The notes under the pieces are model-generated. The model saw only the letters and a program-made list of their open reading frames with translations. It was not told the origin of the DNA and did not search any database. A program made the position numbers and the translations under genes. This document shows, one piece after another, positions 10,483-19,782 of a stretch of DNA of 55,276 bases (the stretch's first letter is position 1; each line of letters opens with the position of its first letter). This DNA is from an uncultured Clostridia bacterium (lineage in GTDB: Bacteria > Bacillota > Clostridia > TANB77 > CAG-508): contig CANQTZ010000002.1 of assembly GCA_947626865.1 (NCBI GenBank), forward strand, positions 1 through 55,276, read 5' to 3'.

Positions 10483-12219
10483 TTAATATTTAAAGAAATA
10501 TCCTTCTCGTTCGCCTGTTATTTCTTCCTTAACCTCATAATTTTTTATTCCTTTGTCATCTAAATTATACAAAGCTCCTTGTACTCCTATATGGTCTAAT
10601 TTTATATCTACTTTTTCATTATCATGACAATATTGAATAAAATCATTCACTCTTTTTCCTATATAAGCATCTGTATTTTTTGTACTTTTTATTATTGTGT
10701 ATGAAACCATTGAAACATTTACAAACATAATTATCGCCATTATAATTCCTAAAATGCTATGTATTTTTTTATCTTTATCCCATAAAAAGTAAGTAAGTAC
10801 AAGTATTGGTACAGCATAAAAATATGGTATATATCTTGCCCAATAATTTCCATCTAATAATAAGATTAGAAATGCTGTTACAACTAATATTAGTAAATAA
10901 GGTATTAATAAGTTCCATTGTTTATTTTTTATAAATCTTACTATAATATATATAGTTCCTATTATAGATAATATAAATACTACACTAAATAATGGTCCAA
11001 ATCCTCCCACTCTTATGTCTGGAATACTATAATTTTGTATTTCTTCTAAAGATGTGGTAAATGGTATTTTTAATGTTGGTTGTACATTTTCTGTAGAATA
11101 AGTTGGTGATACATTTACTCCTTTAGAAAACATAGATATTAAGAAAATTTCTAAATGATTTTTATCTACAAAAGATGTTGGCTGTTCTTTTACTACCATA
11201 TTTTCTACATGTCCTTCTCCGTTTAACGGATAAAGTGGATGTCCATGGTCTATCATATTTCTTGTATAAGATGAATATCCTACAATTCCTATTGATACAA
11301 GAACTGTTACTGTATAAAATATTGTGTAAGTTTTTGCAGTTTTTATGAATTGTTCCTTTCCTTCTCTATATGCTTTTATTAACCAATATACAAAAAATAC
11401 AAAACAGAAAATTGCCGCAAATGCTAATCCTGTAAATTTGATGTTGATGCACAAAAGTACATTACTTGCTAGTATAAATAGATTTTCTTTTTGATTTGTT
11501 TTTTCTTGACGGCTTTCTACTATACATGCATATAGTATTAATAGTATTGATATCATCAATGCGCCATCTACGTAATAATTGAAAACTTGTACAACAGTTA
11601 TTGCATTAAATACTAATAAAATGGAAACTGCTAAACTTGTAAGTAAACTTCTTTTTTGGTCTTGGTATAAATAAGAAAATACAATCCCAAATGCAACATA
11701 CATAAGTAAAATGGTATAACCTTTTCCACATTCTATGTTTCCTGTAAAATCATAGACAACAGCTGCATAGATTTCAGTTGCTTTTGCATAATGGTCAATC
11801 CATAAGGTGTTGATATTTTCTTCTGAGGTATCAAATACATTACCATTTTCTTTTTTAAAGTCTTTACTGTCTTGATATGCTGGATTCCAGCCATTTTTCA
11901 TACTTCCTATTGCTAATTTATGATAGGTATTTCCGTCTGCTGTACTATCATAAATTTTTCCTTCTACCCATGTTACTCCACTAAATATTATTAAACCTAT
12001 AACAATTGCTATAGCATTTATTTTCCAATTATCTTTTTTGTAAAAAAGCATCATTCCTGCTATTGCGAGTATTGTTATAATCGGTAAATGCCAAGGTGTA
12101 ACTGTTACTCCAACAAAGAATAATAATGTTGTTATAAGTAATATTGCTATTATTTCTAACAATAAAAATATTGATGATTTTTTTATTACCTGGATTATTT
12201 GCTCTTTTTCTATTTTCAC
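10483..12219 (-). CDS. Large polytopic membrane protein (putative glycopolymer glycosyltransferase/polymerase)
   Basis: 578 aa with more than 10 hydrophobic segments and one extracytoplasmic loop. The function is inferred from locus context only. Confidence 0.45.
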   Translation of the reverse strand: MKIEKEQIIQVIKKSSIFLLLEIIAILLITTLLFFVGVTVTPWHLPIITILAIAGMMLFYKKDNWKINAIAIVIGLIIFSGVTWVEGKIYDSTADGNTYHKLAIGSMKNGWNPAYQDSKDFKKENGNVFDTSEENINTLWIDHYAKATEIYAAVVYDFTGNIECGKGYTILLMYVAFGIVFSYLYQDQKRSLLTSLAVSILLVFNAITVVQVFNYYVDGALMISILLILYACIVESRQEKTNQKENLFILASNVLLCINIKFTGLAFAAIFCFVFFVYWLIKAYREGKEQFIKTAKTYTIFYTVTVLVSIGIVGYSSYTRNMIDHGHPLYPLNGEGHVENMVVKEQPTSFVDKNHLEIFLISMFSKGVNVSPTYSTENVQPTLKIPFTTSLEEIQNYSIPDIRVGGFGPLFSVVFILSIIGTIYIIVRFIKNKQWNLLIPYLLILVVTAFLILLLDGNYWARYIPYFYAVPILVLTYFLWDKDKKIHSILGIIMAIIMFVNVSMVSYTIIKSTKNTDAYIGKRVNDFIQYCHDNEKVDIKLDHIGVQGALYNLDDKGIKNYEVKEEITGEREGYFFKY

Positions 12220-12240
12220 TTTTCTTTTCCTTTCTATTTT

Positions 12241-13017
12241 TTATAGTTGTTCTGCAAAGCCTTTTTGTAATTTATTGAATAGTAAGTAACCTATTACACA
12301 TATAAAAATGGAAATTACTATTAATATAAGTAAAGAATTTACATCTATCATTGATTGATTATAAAAAATGTCTCTATAGGCATTGATTATATATGTCATA
12401 GGATTAATATTAAGTACCCATTTGAAATCATCTGGTATTACTTCTACTGCGTATACAATTGGTGTTGCATAAAATAGTAATTGTATTGCAACTCCTATTA
12501 AGTGTTGTAAATCTCTTACATAAACTGATATACTAGATACTATTAGTGATATTCCAATTAATAGAATATATTGTGCTATTAGTATAATTGGATAAAATAT
12601 TATATATTTACTAATTCCTATTCCACCAAATATAACAAAAGCTATAATTATAATTGTTGAGATTAAAAAGTTTACTGCTTCGCTTGTTACAACTGATATT
12701 GGCAGTATTTCTCTTGGAAAATATACTTTTTTTATGATGTTCCCATTTTCTACCATAGTAAATGCTGATTTTGTTATAGCAGATGAAAAGAAAGTCCATG
12801 GGATTAATCCACAGCATATAAAAATAGCATAGTTTTCTTGTGGATTTTTTAGTATCATTTGAAAGACAATGGCATAAACTGCTATTTGTAATAGTGGATT
12901 TAAGAATGACCATAATACTCCCAAAAATGAATTTTTATATTTTCCTCTTATTTCTTTTTTTACATTTGTTTTTAATAATTCTCGATAATTATATAAATTT
13001 TTAAATACGCTTAGCAT
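12241..13017 (-). CDS. ABC-2 type polysaccharide/teichoic-acid export permease (TagG/Wzm-like)
   Basis: 258 aa with six TM segments, an N-terminal YRELLKTNVKKEIRGKYKNSFLGVLWSFLNP signature, and a TagH-like ATPase gene in the same locus (15390-16154). Confidence 0.85.
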   Translation of the reverse strand: MLSVFKNLYNYRELLKTNVKKEIRGKYKNSFLGVLWSFLNPLLQIAVYAIVFQMILKNPQENYAIFICCGLIPWTFFSSAITKSAFTMVENGNIIKKVYFPREILPISVVTSEAVNFLISTIIIIAFVIFGGIGISKYIIFYPIILIAQYILLIGISLIVSSISVYVRDLQHLIGVAIQLLFYATPIVYAVEVIPDDFKWVLNINPMTYIINAYRDIFYNQSMIDVNSLLILIVISIFICVIGYLLFNKLQKGFAEQL

Positions 13018-13034
13018 TTTTTCTCCTATCTATA

Positions 13035-15347
13035 TTATATAATTTTTTTGATTTTTTCTTTTATTTTTGTTTTTTTGATTAAGTTCATAAGTCCTGTTGC
13101 TTTTAAGAATTTTATAAAAGCTCTCCATAAAGGGTTACTCCACAATTTTTCTTTTAATTTTGCTCTTTTGTATTGCCTTAAGCGTTGTTCTTCTGAATAT
13201 ACTCCTCCCTCTTGTGGAAAATAATTTCTAATGTCTAATTGATTATGCATGACTATATATTGTTTGTATAAATCTTTGCTTGCAATTGCATTAGAGCTAA
13301 TTTGTGTTCCTTGTTTTACTAATTCTTCAAATTCTTTTTCAAAAACTTTTACCATATTGTTTACTGTATATCCATCTAATATTTTTTTTCTGCAATTTTC
13401 TTTTAATTTTGAATCTTCTAATACTTCTTCGATGGCTTTTACATATCTATCGATTTCTTCTTCTGTGTAATCTCTATTATTGTATCCATTTTTAGCTGTT
13501 TGTATATTTTGTACTACTCTTCCACAAGTTTCATCTACTAATTCTTTTTGTCCTCCTACATCTGCGGTTACTACTGGTGTTCCCATTGATAATGATTCAT
13601 AAGTTGTAATTGTTAATCCTTCTACTAATGAACATATAACACTTACATCTGCCACTTTATAAAATGGTTTTACATTATTTTGCATACCAAAGTAAATAAT
13701 ATTGTCGTTTATTCCTTCTTTTTTTGAAGTGTCTTTCATTTCTGTTAGTACCGGACCATCTCCTACTACCATCAATATTAAGTTTGGATTTTTTTGTAAT
13801 AATTTTTTGAATACTTTTACCATAAAAATTGGTCTTTTTTCTTCTGATATTCTGCATAAAAATAAAATAGCTTTTTTGTTTTTTAATTGATCCATTTTTT
13901 GTTCTAAATCTTTATTGTCAGAAATGTTTACTTTGTTTGCATCAAATTCTTCTTCATCTACCCCTATATATACTGTTTTTACATTGTCAATTGTTCTTCC
14001 CATATTTTTTTTCATTGATTCTCTTAGAACTTTTGTACATGTATATGTTCTATCTAAGAAGCTATCTATTGCTGTTGAATCTCTTGGATATTCTCCATTT
14101 CTCCAACTCCAGTTTTCGCTATGTAAATAATCTGTAAATATAACTTCTGGGAATTCAGATTTTAGCCATGGTATAACATAGAAGCCAAAGTAACTGTTTG
14201 ACTGCATAACTATGTCAATGTTTCTTGATTTCATAATGTAATGGATAAACGCAGGCCAGTCTTTTCTATGCAAAAAGCTTGTTAAGTCAAATACTTCCGC
14301 ATATTTTTCAAACTTTTGCCTCCATACATAATCAGAAGTTTCTGTTGTTACTATAGTAATGTCAAATTTTGTTTTATCTATCCTTGAAATTAAGTCTAAA
14401 TTGAATTTGTCCGCTCCTCCTACTCTAAACCAAGGTAATATAAATAATAATCTTATTTTTTCACCTTTTTTATTTATTGGCTTTCTATCCCATTCAAATG
14501 TATAAGGGTAAGAATCATAATTTGAATTTGTCGTGGTTGGAAATTGTATAGCATAAACTTCTTCTTTTATTTTTTTTGCTTGTTTTTCAATTTCTTCTCT
14601 GGCATGTTTGTCCCTTTTTTTGTCATTATTAATAGAGTCTAAAATTCCTCCCTCTTTTTTCTTTCTATACCAGAATCCATAGAAATTCATTCTAATAGGA
14701 AAATATTTTTTTTCTAACATTCTAAGCCATAAATGCCAATCTTCATGGACATCATTATCAACTACTCCATAGCCACCAACATCTAATAAACGTTCTTTTT
14801 TTATTAGCGAACATACAGGAATAATATTTTCTTTTTTTTCTACTTTACTACTAAATATTTGTTTCCACAAAAATTCTTGTCCATCGAAATTTACCAAGTC
14901 TGAATAAACCCAAGATGCTTTTGGGTTGGTTTGCAATGACCAATAACTGCACTCAAGCAAAGTTCTATCTATTACATCATCTGCATCTAAGATAAATAAT
15001 AAATCACATTTTGCTTTTGAGATTGCTACATCTCTTGTTATAATTCTTCCTTGATTTTTTTCGTGGTATACTTTTATTCTGCTGTCTAAGTTACTTATTT
15101 CTTCTAATATTTCTTTTGTGCCTTCTTGTGTACTTCCATCATTTATAATAATCCATTCCCAATATGGAAAAGTTTGGTTAATAATAGAATTTGCTGTTTG
15201 CCTAATGTAATCTTTGCAATTATAATATCCTGTAATAATGCTTATAATCGGCTCTTTGTCATTTATTGCTTTATTTTCTATTATTTCTTTTCCTGGAACC
15301 ATTGTATAGTCAAAATATTTTTCTTCTTCATTCATAATAAAAAACAT
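13035..15347 (-). CDS. Bifunctional glycosyltransferase (N-terminal GT2 domain, C-terminal GT4/GT1 domain)
   Basis: N-terminal ISIITGYYNC...IINDGS...LDADD. C-terminal EGLTITTYESLSMGTPVVTADVGGQKELV (GT1/GT4 E-x7-E region). The start could instead be ATG 15335. Confidence 0.8.
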   Translation of the reverse strand: MFFIMNEEEKYFDYTMVPGKEIIENKAINDKEPIISIITGYYNCKDYIRQTANSIINQTFPYWEWIIINDGSTQEGTKEILEEISNLDSRIKVYHEKNQGRIITRDVAISKAKCDLLFILDADDVIDRTLLECSYWSLQTNPKASWVYSDLVNFDGQEFLWKQIFSSKVEKKENIIPVCSLIKKERLLDVGGYGVVDNDVHEDWHLWLRMLEKKYFPIRMNFYGFWYRKKKEGGILDSINNDKKRDKHAREEIEKQAKKIKEEVYAIQFPTTTNSNYDSYPYTFEWDRKPINKKGEKIRLLFILPWFRVGGADKFNLDLISRIDKTKFDITIVTTETSDYVWRQKFEKYAEVFDLTSFLHRKDWPAFIHYIMKSRNIDIVMQSNSYFGFYVIPWLKSEFPEVIFTDYLHSENWSWRNGEYPRDSTAIDSFLDRTYTCTKVLRESMKKNMGRTIDNVKTVYIGVDEEEFDANKVNISDNKDLEQKMDQLKNKKAILFLCRISEEKRPIFMVKVFKKLLQKNPNLILMVVGDGPVLTEMKDTSKKEGINDNIIYFGMQNNVKPFYKVADVSVICSLVEGLTITTYESLSMGTPVVTADVGGQKELVDETCGRVVQNIQTAKNGYNNRDYTEEEIDRYVKAIEEVLEDSKLKENCRKKILDGYTVNNMVKVFEKEFEELVKQGTQISSNAIASKDLYKQYIVMHNQLDIRNYFPQEGGVYSEEQRLRQYKRAKLKEKLWSNPLWRAFIKFLKATGLMNLIKKTKIKEKIKKII

Positions 15348-15389
15348 TCCTTTCTTGCTTCGCTCAAGGGCACATATAGGATAAAAATA

Positions 15390-16154
15390 TTATCTCGTTG
15401 CTTTTACATATTCTTCTACTACTTCTTCTGTGTTACCATCCATTCTTATTTTTCCATTATATAGCCAGATTGCTCTATCACACAATCTTTTTACAGATTC
15501 CATACTATGTGTTACAAAAACCATTGTTTTTCCCTGTTGTTTCAATTCTAACATCTTCTCAAAACATTTATTTTGAAAATGCTCATCTCCTACCGATAAA
15601 ATTTCATCTATCAATAAAATATCTGCATCCACATTAATTGCTACCGAAAACGCTAACCTCATATACATACCCGAAGAGTATGTCCTTACAGGATTATCAA
15701 TAAATGGCCTTAATTCAGAAAATTCAATAATATCTTCTATCCTTGTTTCAATCTCTTTCCTAGTCAAGCCAAAAATCGAAGCATTAAAAAAAATATTTTC
15801 CCTACCTGAAAAATCCGGATGAAAACCAGCCCCTAATTCAAGCAACGACGTCAACTTTCCATCTGTTACAATCTTCCCTTTATTAGGATAAATAATCTTC
15901 GTCATTAGCTTAAGCAAAGTAGACTTTCCACTTCCATTAGTCCCTATCAAAGCCACAACTTCACCCTTTTTTATATTAGCATTTATACCCTCTAGCACTG
16001 TTCGCTTTTCTTTTCTATTTCTCGAAAACAAAAATAACAATTTCTCTTTAATCGTATTTGCTTTGTCTAAATATACATTAAAAGTTTTATATACATCGTC
16101 AACTATAATGCTGTATTCTTCATGTGTTTCTTCTTCCCTCATCAAAAAAGACAT
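15390..16154 (-). CDS. ABC transporter ATP-binding protein (TagH/Wzt-like)
   Basis: Walker A GTNGSGKST, signature YSSGM, Walker B LLIDE. Confidence 0.9.
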   Translation of the reverse strand: MSFLMREEETHEEYSIIVDDVYKTFNVYLDKANTIKEKLLFLFSRNRKEKRTVLEGINANIKKGEVVALIGTNGSGKSTLLKLMTKIIYPNKGKIVTDGKLTSLLELGAGFHPDFSGRENIFFNASIFGLTRKEIETRIEDIIEFSELRPFIDNPVRTYSSGMYMRLAFSVAINVDADILLIDEILSVGDEHFQNKCFEKMLELKQQGKTMVFVTHSMESVKRLCDRAIWLYNGKIRMDGNTEEVVEEYVKATR

Positions 16155-16279
16155 CCTTTCAATTTTTTCTTATTATACCATATTTTTCTTATTATATCAT
16201 ACAGCAGAGTACGTCCGCAACCCAATATTAAAAAAACTTACTTTTTTTATTTTATGTTTATGTGCATCGTTTGGGATGT

Positions 16280-16518
16280 GTCGTTTGGGACAGGCACTAA
16301 TGATACATCGATGTATCATCTGGGACAGGCACCAACGGCACATTTATGTATCATTTGGGACAGGTTAGATGTCTGTATTGGTTGATATTACTAGAAAAGG
16401 TATAAAATAGCAATTCATTTTTTGGCTATTTAACCTGTCCCAAAAAGCACATTGATGTATCGTTAGTGCCTGTCCCAAAAAGCACACCGATGTATCATTA
16501 GTGCCTGTCCCAAACGGC
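16280..16518. repeat. Composite palindrome: 3 forward plus 3 inverted copies of a 35-bp unit around a 63-bp spacer
   Basis: GGGACAGG cores at 16287, 16322 and 16357, and CCTGTCCC cores at 16434, 16469 and 16504, with an exact 35-bp period on both sides. The arms 16280-16367 and 16431-16518 are reverse complements at 72/88 positions. Confidence 0.85.
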
Positions 16519-17562
16519 ACATTCGAATCTTTGTACTTGGCCTTGTGCTTTATTTTGTATCATTTTTATGGTTTTGTCATTGACTTTTTTAAAATGATAT
16601 TTCTTTAATCTAATGTCATAAGTTATGTTTTTTATATCGTCAAATTTTTTAAATAGATTATAGTCTTTTATGACATTTTCTGTTTTTGTTCCATAATATA
16701 AGTTGTATATTTTTTGTTTTAATATTATTGATAAAATCATAGAATGGAATCTTGTGCATACCATATATTTTATGGAACTGTATTCTTTTAAAAATTCTTC
16801 AATGTTTTTGTTATAAAAAAGTGTGTTGACGTTGTTTAAATATTGTTCAGGTATTTGTTTTTTTATTCGCTGTATTGCTTCTTCATCTTGTTCGAATTGA
16901 CAAAATGATATGAGTGTTACTTTATAGTTTCTTTTTGCAAATTTTATTATTATTCTTTTGATATAGTCTTCATATATTTCTTGTTTTTCTTTTAATTTTT
17001 CTCTGATTGATAAGTCTATGACTGATATTCCTATTGTTTTTGCTTTTTTCTTTTGTATTATATCATCATAATTATATGCAAAAGCAATATCTGGTGCATA
17101 ACAAACGCTTGGTATTTCTTTGAATAGTTCATAAGATGCTTTGTCTCTAAAGCTCACTCCTTGGCATAAGGAAAAATTTTCTTTTGCCATTTCTAAATAT
17201 TCTTGTGTTTGATATGGTCCAAAATTGCACGTCATATAGAAGAATGGTTTTTTATATTTGTTACATTCTTTTATAAATTTATTGAACTCCTTTACTTCAT
17301 GTCTTGAATATTCAGATTCCATAAATATTGAACCTCCAATATAAACAAAAGCATCGAAGTCCTGTATTTTTACGATACTTAAGTCTCTGTCTTCTTCTAA
17401 GAATTGTAGATTTTTTAAGTTTTCTAATGGTTTTTTGTATTTTTCCTCTTTTATGTGAATATAAAATTGTATTTCCTCATATTTTTTTGCTAAAATATAT
17501 ATGAATAAGTCATCACCCAAATTTGCTCTAGAATATCCAAATAATAACACTTTTTTAATCAT
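16498..17562 (-). CDS. Polysaccharide pyruvyl transferase family protein
   Basis: N-terminal LLFGYSRANLGDDLFIYIL and C-terminal MVCTRFHSMILSI motifs. Start placed at ATG 17562 behind AAGGAA. The stop codon lies inside the right arm of the 35-bp repeat. Confidence 0.8.
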   Translation of the reverse strand: MIKKVLLFGYSRANLGDDLFIYILAKKYEEIQFYIHIKEEKYKKPLENLKNLQFLEEDRDLSIVKIQDFDAFVYIGGSIFMESEYSRHEVKEFNKFIKECNKYKKPFFYMTCNFGPYQTQEYLEMAKENFSLCQGVSFRDKASYELFKEIPSVCYAPDIAFAYNYDDIIQKKKAKTIGISVIDLSIREKLKEKQEIYEDYIKRIIIKFAKRNYKVTLISFCQFEQDEEAIQRIKKQIPEQYLNNVNTLFYNKNIEEFLKEYSSIKYMVCTRFHSMILSIILKQKIYNLYYGTKTENVIKDYNLFKKFDDIKNITYDIRLKKYHFKKVNDKTIKMIQNKAQGQVQRFECAVWDRH

Positions 17563-17674
17563 AAAAAATTCCATTCCTTTCTTGCTTCATTAAAAAGCAC
17601 TCATATAAATGAAAGCTTACATTTTATTTTTATTTAGTATATAATATTTCTTTTGTATCAGTCAATAGTTATTA

Positions 17675-17723
17675 CAATAAAAATTTCTCTATTTAAATCA
17701 CTTCAAAATGATTTAAATAGAGA
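17675..17723 (-). terminator. Rho-independent terminator downstream of the amidase gene
   Basis: Perfect 15-bp stem (17686-17700 pairs with 17709-17723), followed on the minus strand by TTTTTATT. Confidence 0.75.
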
Positions 17724-17748
17724 ATTTCGCTATCCTATTCTACAATAT

Positions 17749-19764
17749 TTACTTTTCTACAATATTTACTTTTATTCTTTTTTCAAATGTTTTATCTAAT
17801 GTTCTAATTATTATTTCTGCAGTTCCCGGTTTTAGTCCTCTCATTCTATTCCAATACACTCGCAATTTTTCTGGATCTGTTGATATCCAATCAAATTCTG
17901 CATTTGTCGAATTGGTTGGCGAAAATGTATATGGAATATCAATTGCTTCATCTACTTTTATTGTATACGTGTCTTGAACTTGAACATCTTGTACTTTTAC
18001 TTCTTTTTCACTTCCCACCGTAACCTTTATACGTTTTTCAAATGTCTTATCTAAAGTGCTAACTATTATCTCTGCGGTTCCTGGTTTTAATCCTCTCATC
18101 CTATTCCAATATACTCTTAGAACATCTGGATTTGTTGATGTCCAACTAAATTCCGCATTTGTTGCATTTGTTGGTGTATATGTATAAGGTATATCAACTG
18201 CTTCATTTACTTTGATTGAATAATTTTCTTGTACTTGCATATCTTGTACTCTTACTTGCTTTTTATTTCCAACAGTTACATTAATTCTCTTTTCAAATGT
18301 TCCATCTAAAGTTTTAACTACTATTTGAGCAGTTCCTGGCTTTAGTCCTCTCATTCTATTCCAATATACTCGTAAAACATCTGGATTTGTTGATGTCCAA
18401 CTAAATTCTGCATTTGTTGCATTTGTTGGTGTGCAACTATATGGAATATCTACCGCTTCATCCACTTCTATATCATAACTTTGTTTTTCAAAATTTACAT
18501 CTTGTACATATACTTTATTTGGATCCTTTACAGTAACTTCACAACTTATTTGCTTTCCTCCTGCCTTAGAAATTGCCGTAATAGTTGATGTTCCTTCTTT
18601 TAATCCTCTTACTCCACCTTCCCAAACTCTAGCAACATCTGGGTTAGAAGATTTCCAATATAATGTTTTATCAGATGCATTATTTGGCGTAAATGTAACA
18701 TGAATTTCTTCCTTTTGGTTGATATCTAAAACCATTTTGGTTTTATCTGCCTTTATATCTTGAAGGGCAACTTGTGGCTTTGTAACTCTTACCTTACACT
18801 TTGCAATTCTTTGATTATTCTTAGTAATTGCTGTTATAGTTGCTTCTCCCTCTTTTAATCCTCTCATTCTATTCCAATAAACCCTTAAAACTTCTGGATT
18901 TGATGAATAATAATCTACTTCTTGATTATAACAATTACTTGGTGTAAATATAGGATACACATAATTTACTGGTTGAGGATCACCTGCTGTAATCTCTAAA
19001 TTCAACTCACTTTTATCTAATGCAAAAAATCTAACAGGCTGTTTACCAGTATTCTTCTTTTCCAATTGATAAGCCTCTACTATTCCTTGAGCATCTGCTA
19101 TACCTAACCTTTGAATTTGTGCATCTGTACTTATAAATGAACGGCAATCCGAATTATTGCTAATATAACAATGTTCCACTAATATAGAACGTATATCATA
19201 ATTCATTGGATATCTAATTATTCCATAATAATCTTTTACCACTCCACTTTTATACCATTCATTTGGTTGTCCTGAGCGAGTAGAAACTCCATGACTGCGA
19301 AGTCCTAAAGCACTTAATTTGTTTAGAATTTTTTCTCCTACCTCTTTACTTTTTTGATAAAACTCTATCTGTGTATTATCTTGTGTTACCCACACTTCTG
19401 CTCCACTTGCTGATGAAGCCCCTGAATTAATATGTTGGCTGACTACTAAATCTGCTTGATATCTTTTAGCAAATTCTCCTCTTTCATAAATAGATGGGCA
19501 ATCTGCATATCTCGTTAGATATACCTTTACCCCTTCATATTTTTCCAATTCTTCCTTTGTATATCTTGCAATTTTATAATTTATATCCGATTCTTTTAGC
19601 CCTAAAGAATTATTAATAGCTCCTGGATCACTACCACCATGGCCCGGATCCAAAACAATAACTAAATTTCCTTCTGAATCTGCTGCATTAGCAATAGGCT
19701 GTATAAATAACATACAACCTATTGCTACTAAAAGTATTTTCAGAAATGTATACATCTTTTTCAT
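17749..19764 (-). CDS. N-acetylmuramoyl-L-alanine amidase (Amidase_3) with five Big_2-like repeats
   Basis: Signal peptide, LDPGHGGSDPGA...QHINS amidase_3 motifs, then repeated modules ending in NPDVLRVYWNRMRGLKPGTA. Confidence 0.9.
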   Translation of the reverse strand: MKKMYTFLKILLVAIGCMLFIQPIANAADSEGNLVIVLDPGHGGSDPGAINNSLGLKESDINYKIARYTKEELEKYEGVKVYLTRYADCPSIYERGEFAKRYQADLVVSQHINSGASSASGAEVWVTQDNTQIEFYQKSKEVGEKILNKLSALGLRSHGVSTRSGQPNEWYKSGVVKDYYGIIRYPMNYDIRSILVEHCYISNNSDCRSFISTDAQIQRLGIADAQGIVEAYQLEKKNTGKQPVRFFALDKSELNLEITAGDPQPVNYVYPIFTPSNCYNQEVDYYSSNPEVLRVYWNRMRGLKEGEATITAITKNNQRIAKCKVRVTKPQVALQDIKADKTKMVLDINQKEEIHVTFTPNNASDKTLYWKSSNPDVARVWEGGVRGLKEGTSTITAISKAGGKQISCEVTVKDPNKVYVQDVNFEKQSYDIEVDEAVDIPYSCTPTNATNAEFSWTSTNPDVLRVYWNRMRGLKPGTAQIVVKTLDGTFEKRINVTVGNKKQVRVQDMQVQENYSIKVNEAVDIPYTYTPTNATNAEFSWTSTNPDVLRVYWNRMRGLKPGTAEIIVSTLDKTFEKRIKVTVGSEKEVKVQDVQVQDTYTIKVDEAIDIPYTFSPTNSTNAEFDWISTDPEKLRVYWNRMRGLKPGTAEIIIRTLDKTFEKRIKVNIVEK
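17752..18507 (-). repeat. Three tandem ~255-bp Big_2 module repeats
   Basis: 83-85-aa units (VxVQDxQVQ...EFSWTSTNPDVLRVYWNRMRGLKPGTA...FEKRI). They share long stretches of nucleotide identity with each other and with 19786-20790. Confidence 0.85.
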
Positions 19765-19782
19765 AAAATACCCCCACTATTT

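Noticed and set aside
12611-12913. 100-aa ORF inside the ABC permease gene, same strand but a different frame
   Set aside because: It is wholly nested in a well-supported permease ORF and has no start context.
16280-16518. Possible CRISPR array, given the regular 35-bp periodicity
   Set aside because: The units are contiguous with no unique spacers. There are only three per arm, arranged as an inverted pair, and no cas genes are present. It is reported as a repeat/palindrome instead.
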